A stretch of DNA of 64,000 bases, taken from assembly GCA_044225825.1 (NCBI GenBank), contig JBGAIB010000005.1, positions 213,750-277,749 of the forward strand, in the 5' to 3' direction. This document shows positions 30,933 to 39,613 of the stretch, one piece after another. Each line of letters opens with the position of its first letter. The stretch's first letter is position 1. The notes below the pieces were generated by a model that made no database searches, was not told the origin of the DNA, and was given only the letters and a program-made list of their open reading frames with translations. This DNA is from Chitinophagales bacterium. GTDB lineage: Bacteria > Bacteroidota > Bacteroidia > Chitinophagales > LD1. The translations under genes and the position numbers were made by a program.

Positions 30933-32624
30933 ATGGTTTCAGCTTTAAACAAAAGACATTTCATACTAGCGCCGCTTGTGCTGCTTTTTATCGGCTTGTT
31001 GTATGTAATGCTGGGACTTTACTACGAGGACAATCAAAATATCGTTGCCTCTATCGATTATGGCGAACTAGGAACCAGCCCTTCTGACCAATGGATCAAT
31101 GACTTCGATTTTTTATTAACCCCCTTCTTCGGCTGGTTATGCAAAACACTACCCCAAGTGCCGGTTTACGGCTATTGGCTATTAGCGCAGTTGTTTTTGT
31201 GGCTCTTTGGATTGATCAACTTCGCTTGGGTGTTTTTCCGTAGGCAACAGCAATTGCCACTTACCTCGGTTTTATTGTTTCTGCTGCTGGTTTTCTTCTT
31301 AACGCTTGATTCCATCACCAGTCAACATTGCGTTCGTAATTCTATTTTGTTATCCTATACCGGACTTCTATATCTATATTATAGCAGTCGACCCACACAC
31401 GGCCGTTATTTATTTTCCCTGCTGCTATTTATCGTAGCGCTTGTGGTGCGCATTCATTCGGCAGTTATCGTGTTGTTATTTTTCCTTGCGCTTCAATTCC
31501 TGGCTAATCAAAGAAAGTTTAGCTCCTTCAAAAAATACACTTTACACGCAGCAATTGGCTTTTTAGCCATCGGTATTTATCATGTAAACGGCGCGCTTAC
31601 CACCAACCAAGGTAAAATAATAGAAACCCGCTATGAGTGGGCCTTGTTCGACAAAAGCTCCTTGTACCCTCTCGGGGGAATGCATACGCACCGCGATAGC
31701 GTAAAATATATGGCCTTAAAAGCCATCTTGATTTCGGACTCAGCCGAAATGACGCCGGAATTTTTAAAGCGAACCGTGGACCTACGCTACGAGTATAGCG
31801 GCTTGTTCAACCCCGAAAACATTCATAACTTTTTCCACGAGATAAAGCGGTCTCTATCGGAACATTGGGAAGCTTTTGCCCTCATCTCTCTGCTATTTCT
31901 ACTTTGGGCTGTACACCGCTTACGCGACTGGCCAACCGGCAAAACGGTCCTCTCGCTGCTCTTTTTGTATACCGGTATCCTTACGGCGTTGCTAATAAAC
32001 CTGGTAAGCGACCTTAAGGACAGGCTCTTCGCGCCTTTAACGGCCATGGTGGTCTTACATTTGGCGCTGCTGTTCATACCTGTAATCGTTTCAGAATACC
32101 GCAGGCGAATTCAATTGACCTTGCTTTTATTGTTTACGTTGGCTTGCGCTTTCCTTTTTAAAGACCAATTGAACGTAACAACTGCTTGGGCCGCAACAGA
32201 ACAAACTGCCTTAAAAAACCAGGCACTGCTGAGGCAATATAGCAGCAACCACCGCCTGTTCGGCACCGTAAACACTGACCTGCCCATGACACGCGATATT
32301 TTTTATCGTGCTACCCAAAATCCCTTTTACAAGTTGGGTTATATTGATGCAGGCTACATGGTTTATTACAGTTACATGTATCAAAAATATGTAGCGCTTT
32401 TTGGGTATAGCCCGCTTAACTATAGGGCTTTTCTCCAGGCCATTCCGCATAATCCCGACTACAGGATGTATGCTTCCGAAGAGCGGATGAAGTTATTTCA
32501 GCAATACTTTGCAGGAGTATACACCACTACAGTAGTTGCCACATTGGATAGTAGCACTCCTAACTGGTCGCTTAATGCCCGGGGATGGAAGCTGGCAATC
32601 GCAGATACCATTCCTACGCCTTAA
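30933..32624 (+). CDS. polytopic membrane protein (563 aa), possible GT-C/polymerase-like
   Basis: ~12 hydrophobic helices followed by a soluble C-terminal part. No diagnostic motif recognised. Function inferred only from context. Confidence 0.45.
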   Translation: MVSALNKRHFILAPLVLLFIGLLYVMLGLYYEDNQNIVASIDYGELGTSPSDQWINDFDFLLTPFFGWLCKTLPQVPVYGYWLLAQLFLWLFGLINFAWVFFRRQQQLPLTSVLLFLLLVFFLTLDSITSQHCVRNSILLSYTGLLYLYYSSRPTHGRYLFSLLLFIVALVVRIHSAVIVLLFFLALQFLANQRKFSSFKKYTLHAAIGFLAIGIYHVNGALTTNQGKIIETRYEWALFDKSSLYPLGGMHTHRDSVKYMALKAILISDSAEMTPEFLKRTVDLRYEYSGLFNPENIHNFFHEIKRSLSEHWEAFALISLLFLLWAVHRLRDWPTGKTVLSLLFLYTGILTALLINLVSDLKDRLFAPLTAMVVLHLALLFIPVIVSEYRRRIQLTLLLLFTLACAFLFKDQLNVTTAWAATEQTALKNQALLRQYSSNHRLFGTVNTDLPMTRDIFYRATQNPFYKLGYIDAGYMVYYSYMYQKYVALFGYSPLNYRAFLQAIPHNPDYRMYASEERMKLFQQYFAGVYTTTVVATLDSSTPNWSLNARGWKLAIADTIPTP

Positions 32625-33397
32625 ATCTTTCTCAACTTTTTATACAGCGCCGCAGTCCATGCAACAGGTAGTTTCCAACTACGTGCCCACCAGAAACTTA
32701 CTGCCATAGATTCTTCCTCGTTTCGTAGATGATGCCACCAAAAACTGGGCAAAAAGAGTGTTTCCCCTGCAGAAAGTTCCACCAGGTAAGGCTGCGCATT
32801 TTTGAGCGCCGGGAAGCGTGTATAATCAGGTTTCAGCGGATCAACCTGCGCATGATTAGGCAACTTTGAAAATCGTGAATTGGGATATACCGGTGCCGAA
32901 GGTTCAAAAAGTATAATTGTTTTTTTCCCCTTCACCATTACATACAAATTCTCAAACAAATCCTGGTGCAACGAAGTGATAGTATGCTTAGGGCCCAGAA
33001 AAACCCGCGACCGCAGGAAACTACTATGCGCACAATACGAAGGGACTCTGTAATCCTCTTTAATCCACTCCGGAAAAACATCCAATGGCGAAGCTACCGC
33101 CAGGCCATTATCTGTTCTACCTGCGTTAATGGCTCTAACGGTTTCGCCTACAGATATATAATCGAGCCGGGAGCCAGTAAAATTGTTTAAGTCGCATTCG
33201 CCATCCTTCAGGCGAACTACTCCTGCTTTTGTTTCACCAAAATTTTGGCCGAAATAGTCCATATTCCATTTGGAAAGTGCCGGCCAATCGTTCACCATAC
33301 CAGTTATAATAACCGGCTTATTAGCCTTCAGATAGTTCTTTTCAAACTCCTCCTGCGTTGGTGGCGTAATACGTTTTACAGGGATGGGGGCAAGCAT
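32621..33397 (-). CDS. JmjC/cupin-like Fe(II)/2OG oxygenase
   Basis: HxD in TSLHQDLFENLYVMVKGKK, distal His in LPSFWWHHLRNEE. The overall pattern resembles Cupin_8/JmjC hydroxylases. Only minus-strand gene inside a plus-strand operon. Stop codons overlap the convergent gene by 4 nt. Confidence 0.7.
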   Translation of the reverse strand: MLAPIPVKRITPPTQEEFEKNYLKANKPVIITGMVNDWPALSKWNMDYFGQNFGETKAGVVRLKDGECDLNNFTGSRLDYISVGETVRAINAGRTDNGLAVASPLDVFPEWIKEDYRVPSYCAHSSFLRSRVFLGPKHTITSLHQDLFENLYVMVKGKKTIILFEPSAPVYPNSRFSKLPNHAQVDPLKPDYTRFPALKNAQPYLVELSAGETLFLPSFWWHHLRNEEESMAVSFWWARSWKLPVAWTAALYKKLRKI

Positions 33398-33463
33398 ACA
33401 GCAAGGTATTAATTAATCAGCAAAAAGTAGCAAATATGACGTTCATTTGCTTTTACGCTGCCT

Positions 33464-34510
33464 ATGACAGAAATTGAATCCTCCATTACTTCTCAGAAAA
33501 CGGAACAGGCACCACGCAGCAAATTGTGGAGTCTGATACGAAGCCTTGCAGGATTTGCCATAAGTGGATTTTTGCTTTGGCTTACCCTCCGCAGCAGCAA
33601 TTTACAATGGCACGATCTAAAACTCAGCACTACCGGCATGCTGTATTTTGCTGCCTCTATTATTCCGTTTATTCTGGCCGTTATCATCCAGTCGCACAGA
33701 ACCCAATATTTTTGGACAGGCACCAGGCACCACATGGTAGCTACGTACGACAGTTTAATAATCGGTAACTTTTACAATGCGCTGTTGCCAGGCAACCTGG
33801 GTGAAGGAGTAAGGGCACTACACCAAAGCCGCCGGAATCTGCTACCATTTATACAATCCTTTACGGTTGTACTTACAGAAAAGTGGCTTGATAGTATTGT
33901 ATTTGTCGTACTGGTTGCACTTCTCTTTGCTGGTAAACATCCTATCAACAATCCGGTTTATAAAGCATTACTAGGCGTTGCTGCAGGTGCATTGCTATTG
34001 CATGTAATTTACTTAACCATGCGTGTTTACCGGCCTGCTGAAAAAGCTATTTGGAAAATTGTATTGCGCATCTGGTGGCCGGGCAAATTAATCTTTCGCC
34101 TTTATGCACATGTAAACCTGCACCTACAGCATCTGCGTATACATCATAAGTTAAGCAGGTATGCCTACCTGTCCTTAGTAATGTTATTCCTCAATTGCTT
34201 ACAATACTATCTGCTGTTGTTTGCGGCAGGTGTTCCTCTACAACTATGTACGTTTTACATCGCGTATCTGGCTGCGGTGAGTATGATGGTAGTGGTCTTC
34301 ATCCCTTCTGCTCCAGGTAACATCGGCGTAATACATTACGGCATGTATCTGGTGCTGATCTTTGCGGCCCAACTGTATGGAGTAACACCTACTGCCGATG
34401 CCTTGCGTAGCTTTGCCCTTTTTGGAACCTTTCTTCACTTTTCGTGTTTTATACCTGAAGTGGTTTTAGGGTTGCTGTTTGTAATTAAGAACCGGAAATT
34501 CTTGTTTTGA
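33464..34510 (+). CDS. flippase-like / LPG_synthase_TM-family membrane protein
   Basis: 8 or so TM helices and the family-typical loop GNFYNALLPGNLGEGVRAL (P-x-x-x-GE-x-x-R). Confidence 0.6.
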   Translation: MTEIESSITSQKTEQAPRSKLWSLIRSLAGFAISGFLLWLTLRSSNLQWHDLKLSTTGMLYFAASIIPFILAVIIQSHRTQYFWTGTRHHMVATYDSLIIGNFYNALLPGNLGEGVRALHQSRRNLLPFIQSFTVVLTEKWLDSIVFVVLVALLFAGKHPINNPVYKALLGVAAGALLLHVIYLTMRVYRPAEKAIWKIVLRIWWPGKLIFRLYAHVNLHLQHLRIHHKLSRYAYLSLVMLFLNCLQYYLLLFAAGVPLQLCTFYIAYLAAVSMMVVVFIPSAPGNIGVIHYGMYLVLIFAAQLYGVTPTADALRSFALFGTFLHFSCFIPEVVLGLLFVIKNRKFLF

Positions 34511-34594
34511 TTACTTTTTTAGCATTTTCGGACGAATGGGACCTACACGCCGTAATAGCCCAAACCGTATATTTGGTTAACTTAGTTCAGCGAT

Positions 34595-36142
34595 ATGAAA
34601 GTTTGCCTGATTAACCCTTCCCGGCTAATGAAACCCATGAGCTTCGCCATGAAGCCATCTCCTCCCCTGGGGTTGGCATTTATTGCAGCTGTACTCCGCA
34701 AAATGGGACATACGGTTCAGGTAATTGATGCAATGGCAGAGGGTGCTGAACAATACGTAACTTTTAAGGACGACATCATTCTTAATGGGCTAACCGAAAA
34801 ACAGGTGGCCGCCCGGATTGCACCAGATACAGATGTTATTGGGTTTAGCCTGATGTTTAGCGGCAACTGGCTGCACCACCGCGAATTGGTGAACTACATA
34901 GGCGAGCAATTCCCAAATGCAGTGCTGATTGCGGGTGGAGAACATCTGACAGCTGTTCCGGAATTTTGTATGCAACAGGCTAAACGCCTTACCGTTTGTG
35001 TTTTGGGCGAAGGAGAAGAAGCCGTTGCGGGCTTGTTTAAAGCACTGGAGAATAACACCCTATTAACAGAGGTTCCAGGCCTTGCAATTCAAAACGCGGA
35101 CGGCAGCTTTACACGTACTTCAACCAAACAACGCATCCGAGAACTGGAGGAAATTCCATGGCCAGCCTGGGAATTATTTCCGTTAGATAAATACAAGGAA
35201 CATGGCATAAGCCTAGGTGTAGAACGAGACATCTATTCCCTACCTGTTATGGCCACCAGGGGTTGCCCTTATGAATGCACCTTTTGCAGTTCGCCGCAAA
35301 TGTGGGGGACCCGTTACTTTATGCGCAGCCCCGCCGATGTAGCGAATGAGATCGAACACATGAAAAACAAATTCGGCCATACGAATTTTGACTTTTACGA
35401 CCTGACAGCCATTATCAATAAAAACTGGATTATTGATTTTGCAAAAGAACTGATTGCAAGAGACCTGAATATAACCTGGCAAATTCCGGCAGGCACACGC
35501 AGCGAAGCAATTGATCAGGAAGTAGCACATTACCTCTACAAATCAGGATGTCGCAACATCACTTATGCGCCTGAGTCGGGTAGCCCGGAAGTATTAAAGT
35601 TCATCGGCAAAAAGGTATCACTTCCTAAAATGCTTCAGTCTATTGCTTATTCCTCCAGGGAGAAAATGAACATAAAAATAAATATGATCATTGGCTTTCC
35701 GGACGAACGGCAAAAGAACATCTGGGAGACCATAGTCTTCCTTGTAAAAGCCAGTTGGCATGGTGTGAACGATATGTCACCTTCAGTTTTTTCCCCTTAT
35801 CCCGGCAGCAGCTTGTTTAAGCGCTTGAAGGACGAAGGCAAGATTAACATGGAGAATGATCAATACTTCTACCAGATCATTTACGTTGATACTTTCTTTA
35901 ACAACTACTTTTACAACAGCCGTATAAACAAACACCTGTTGCGCTTTTATCTATTAAGCTACCTGTTTGTATTCTACTCTACCAACTACCTGTTTAATCC
36001 GGGCCGCCTGTTACGTACCATCCGCAATTTATTTACCAATCGATTTGAATCGCGGGCAGAAATGGCCTTAAGTGAACTGGTAAAACGCAGTAAAATACGT
36101 GTAGTTACTGCCGAGCAGGTATCGTTAAAAGAAGTGGCCTAG
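34595..36142 (+). CDS. B12-binding-domain radical SAM enzyme (class B-like)
   Basis: N-terminal Rossmann-like B12-binding region (PPLGLAFIAAVLRKMGHTVQVIDA...DVIGFSLMF) followed by the CxxxCxxC motif ATRGCPYECTFCSSP. Confidence 0.8.
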   Translation: MKVCLINPSRLMKPMSFAMKPSPPLGLAFIAAVLRKMGHTVQVIDAMAEGAEQYVTFKDDIILNGLTEKQVAARIAPDTDVIGFSLMFSGNWLHHRELVNYIGEQFPNAVLIAGGEHLTAVPEFCMQQAKRLTVCVLGEGEEAVAGLFKALENNTLLTEVPGLAIQNADGSFTRTSTKQRIRELEEIPWPAWELFPLDKYKEHGISLGVERDIYSLPVMATRGCPYECTFCSSPQMWGTRYFMRSPADVANEIEHMKNKFGHTNFDFYDLTAIINKNWIIDFAKELIARDLNITWQIPAGTRSEAIDQEVAHYLYKSGCRNITYAPESGSPEVLKFIGKKVSLPKMLQSIAYSSREKMNIKINMIIGFPDERQKNIWETIVFLVKASWHGVNDMSPSVFSPYPGSSLFKRLKDEGKINMENDQYFYQIIYVDTFFNNYFYNSRINKHLLRFYLLSYLFVFYSTNYLFNPGRLLRTIRNLFTNRFESRAEMALSELVKRSKIRVVTAEQVSLKEVA

Positions 36143-36148
36143 TTAGCT

Positions 36149-37900
36149 ATGGCACTATCTAACGAATATGCCCACTCCAATCACCCGGCGATAAAGCCAC
36201 TAGCATTACTTTGCATTTCGGCTGTTTTTAGTTCGCTATTATGTGCTGCCACCTGGTTGCTCTGCCCACCCGAATGGGATTTTTACGACAGCTTTGTAGC
36301 CCATCTCTGCAGTGGGATAGCCACGCGCAATCAACTAACTCACTTCTTTATATATGGCTTCTACGCTATATCAAAACCTATCATCTGGCTGCAAACCAAT
36401 TTTAAGCAGGTTCCCTGGATGGGATTGCTGATAACGGGCTGCCTGCTTATAAGTAATACCCTGTTCACTTATCTGCTGTTGCGTAGATTTATGCAAGTAG
36501 CAAGCGCCTCCTTAAAATATAGTTTGTTGGCCTTGCTGCCATTGCTTGCTGCTACACAGATATACGGATATTACCGCCTCAGCATGACAGGTACAGGTTT
36601 GCTAATGACCGGCTGCGCTTTTCTGCTATCGCTTGAATTACCGTTTAATGGCAAGCGCAGTTGGATCTTTGCTATTGCCATTGTTGCCTGGTGCCTGTTA
36701 GCCACCTGCATCCGTTTCGAAACGCTTGGTGGCGGTTTAATTATTGCCCTTTATGGGCTTTGTAACCTCAGCACTGCTTATCCGGGCAAGGATTTAGTAT
36801 CACTGATTAAAAGGTGCTTACTCCCCGGCTTACCGGCCCTTGCCCTTGTACTGCTTATAACCAGCGGCTTGCAAAACGAGCCCTTTCTGAAGCAGACAGA
36901 AGTGGACTTGTATATTGCGGCAGATGGCAACTCAGCCGATCGCGAAATTGCAGCTGTAACGCCAGAGGACAGCATTAAGGAAGTAGCCATCAAACGCTTC
37001 TTTTTAAACGATGAAACGGCACTGACACCCGCTTATATTCATCAGCTGGCACTCACCACTATCAGCAACAAACAAAAGCTGGCCGGCCATTCCGATCAAT
37101 TTATGCAGCGGTTATGGCGGTTAGCCTCTCCCACCCTCCTATCACATTGGCCTTATGCTGTACTTAGCACGCTGCTGTTGTTGTTTGCGCTCCTTCTCTC
37201 GTTAAAGGCCTCTATGCGGATGCTTGTTTACCAACTGCTTTTTTGGCTTGTTATATTCTCACTGGCCTACCTCGTTAAGCTGGAGGACCGTCATTACCTC
37301 TACCTGGTTCAACTGTTTACCTACGGCAACCTACTGCTGTTCTTTAAAATTACGCAGGGCAAAAACCTGGTTCCATTAAGTGCGGCCGGTTACCTCTTTG
37401 CGGGCTTTGCGGTTTACAACATTCATAGCCATCAACCCGGGGTAAGCCAACGGTTACAGCATCTGCACCTGGCTGAACAGGAGATAAACTCCTTAACCAA
37501 AGGCAAAATTCTGTTACTGGATGGCGAATCAAAAGATGTGTTCCTTGGAACGCCATTTACACTACGCAGGTTTGCCCCAGCCCGTGATATTGTTTTCTAC
37601 GACATGGGTCAAATGCCTGTTATTACTGAGTACCGTCAACATCTTGATACCCTGTGCCAATGTAACTCGCGCAACATAACTGAATTCTACAGCTACCTGC
37701 TAAGCCATAAAAATGAGCTGTGCATCATCTCCACCGAAGAGCGGGTAACCTTTATAACTACCTATTTGCAACTGATCCACCAAAAATGCTTACCAATTCA
37801 TAAACAATTTGGTGATTTTGAAATTGAAAAAATTGAGCGAAATACAGGTAAATTGCATTACTACACATTAACTGATTCATCATGGCAGCAAATCCGGTAG
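36149..37900 (+). CDS. polytopic membrane protein (583 aa) with soluble C-terminal domain
   Basis: ~12 hydrophobic helices. No diagnostic motif. 19-nt overlap with the downstream hydroxylase gene. Confidence 0.45.
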   Translation: MALSNEYAHSNHPAIKPLALLCISAVFSSLLCAATWLLCPPEWDFYDSFVAHLCSGIATRNQLTHFFIYGFYAISKPIIWLQTNFKQVPWMGLLITGCLLISNTLFTYLLLRRFMQVASASLKYSLLALLPLLAATQIYGYYRLSMTGTGLLMTGCAFLLSLELPFNGKRSWIFAIAIVAWCLLATCIRFETLGGGLIIALYGLCNLSTAYPGKDLVSLIKRCLLPGLPALALVLLITSGLQNEPFLKQTEVDLYIAADGNSADREIAAVTPEDSIKEVAIKRFFLNDETALTPAYIHQLALTTISNKQKLAGHSDQFMQRLWRLASPTLLSHWPYAVLSTLLLLFALLLSLKASMRMLVYQLLFWLVIFSLAYLVKLEDRHYLYLVQLFTYGNLLLFFKITQGKNLVPLSAAGYLFAGFAVYNIHSHQPGVSQRLQHLHLAEQEINSLTKGKILLLDGESKDVFLGTPFTLRRFAPARDIVFYDMGQMPVITEYRQHLDTLCQCNSRNITEFYSYLLSHKNELCIISTEERVTFITTYLQLIHQKCLPIHKQFGDFEIEKIERNTGKLHYYTLTDSSWQQIR

Positions 37901-38640
37901 AAGAGCGCTTGTATTTTTTGAAAGAAGAAACCTATACCGGTTCACACAACTTCTTTTATAATAGCAGCGATTTCCCCTCCATAAAGGTTCTTCAGGACAA
38001 CTGGATGGTTATACGCGAAGAGATAATGGGGCTTATTACCGGTGAGGAAGAAATTGAAGTTAAAAATCTCAATCCGCCTTACCTCTCCTCTCCCGATGCC
38101 TGGAAGAACATCTACTTCTACAATTTTGGTTGGCAAAAGCACAGCAACTGTAAACGTTTCCCTAAAACATTTGCCCTTTTGCAACAGGTGCCCGATTTAA
38201 TTTTTGCAGGCATTACTGTGCTTGAACCTCATTCGCGGGTGCTACCGCACAATGGTGAAACTAATACTACTATCCGCTGTCACCTTGGATTGCAGGTTCC
38301 TGCCCCACTGCCCTTATGTGGGGTGCGCGTAGGCACCGAAGAACAAAGCTGGGCAAACGGACAAATTATGATGTTCAGCGATGCGCACTACCATACCACC
38401 TGGAATGAAAGCAACGAACGGCGCTTTGTGCTGGTATTTGACATTGTAAGACCCGAGTATGCACATGATAAACATAGTGTTTGTGCCAATGTACTGGGAG
38501 CCCTTTCGCTCAAGTTCTTCTATGCAAAGTGGCCCGGTTTGAAAAATGCGCCTTACGCGCTTATAAAAGGTGTTCATAGGTTATTTACTTCCTTTTGGTA
38601 TGTCTATCTTCCCCTGCAACAAAGGCTTGGTCTTCCCTAG
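37882..38640 (+). CDS. aspartyl/asparaginyl beta-hydroxylase-family Fe(II)/2OG oxygenase (LpxO/OlsC-type family)
   Basis: Family signature LEPHSRVLPHNGETNTTIRCHLGLQVP ... MMFSDAHYHTTWNESNERRFVLVFD. Confidence 0.75.
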   Translation: MAANPVEERLYFLKEETYTGSHNFFYNSSDFPSIKVLQDNWMVIREEIMGLITGEEEIEVKNLNPPYLSSPDAWKNIYFYNFGWQKHSNCKRFPKTFALLQQVPDLIFAGITVLEPHSRVLPHNGETNTTIRCHLGLQVPAPLPLCGVRVGTEEQSWANGQIMMFSDAHYHTTWNESNERRFVLVFDIVRPEYAHDKHSVCANVLGALSLKFFYAKWPGLKNAPYALIKGVHRLFTSFWYVYLPLQQRLGLP

Positions 38641-38731
38641 CACTAAAATCAATCCGTATTCTTAACAGCAAAACCTGTATTTTAATTTAAACAATCATCA
38701 ACTTTGATACTGTTGCTTCAATTTGCTGACA

Positions 38732-39613
38732 ATGGAAGAAAATTATACCGCCGTTATTGAGCACCGTAAACAACTGACCACTCACCGTTTGCTAAAGGAT
38801 GAAGCCTTAAATGATTTTTTCCTTACCAATGGCTATGTGGTTATCCCTAACCTGCTAACCACTGAAGAAGTACAAGACCTGCGCCACTGGTATCTTCAAC
38901 ACTTTGAAACCGGCCCCGGCATGTATGTAAGCCACACCGGACCCGATTATAACCGCAACAAACAAACCAGCGAGAAGATCTACAGCATTCAAAAAAGAGG
39001 ACTGGATGAATACCTGGCCCCCTATCGCCAGATGGTATCGCTGTTTGCTGCGAAGAGACCCGGCGGCGGTAACGCTTTCAAACTTCACCAGGACTGGTGT
39101 ATTGCCGACGAAGCCAACTATGCCATTGCGCAGGTATGGATAGCCCTGGCGGACCTTACCGCCAACGATGGCACCCTTATAGCAGTACCCGGCTCGCATC
39201 TCTATTTTCACAACCATCGTTCCGGTTCGTGTGGTATTAAATTTTTGGAGCACGATGCACGCTTTAATAACATTATAAAAACATTTGAGGTTAAAGCAGG
39301 CACCGCCGTGCTTTATCATCCTTCCCTCTTTCATGGCTCGCTGGATAATCATTCCACTGCCGACCGCCTTGCTACTATTACTGCTGTATGCCACCCGGAA
39401 GCTTCGTTACTTTATTACCATAAAAACGGCACTACACTCGAAACCTACGAACTTACCGATGAGGATCTGTTTAGCCGCTTAGAACCTTTAGCGCAAGGTG
39501 CCCTGCCCAAAGGCAAGCTACTGCACACTGAGCAAAACTTTCATAACATCAACGACGATATAACGGAAGAGTTGTTTATTAACCGGTATCAAAACCAGGC
39601 GCATGCTAACTAA
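38732..39613 (+). CDS. PhyH-family Fe(II)/2OG dioxygenase (paralogue 1)
   Basis: ATG 38732 preferred over TTG 38723. N-box LNDFFLTNGYVVIPNL, HxD box FKLHQDWCIADE, WIALADL, distal LFHGSLDNHSTADRLA. Confidence 0.75.
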   Translation: MEENYTAVIEHRKQLTTHRLLKDEALNDFFLTNGYVVIPNLLTTEEVQDLRHWYLQHFETGPGMYVSHTGPDYNRNKQTSEKIYSIQKRGLDEYLAPYRQMVSLFAAKRPGGGNAFKLHQDWCIADEANYAIAQVWIALADLTANDGTLIAVPGSHLYFHNHRSGSCGIKFLEHDARFNNIIKTFEVKAGTAVLYHPSLFHGSLDNHSTADRLATITAVCHPEASLLYYHKNGTTLETYELTDEDLFSRLEPLAQGALPKGKLLHTEQNFHNINDDITEELFINRYQNQAHAN

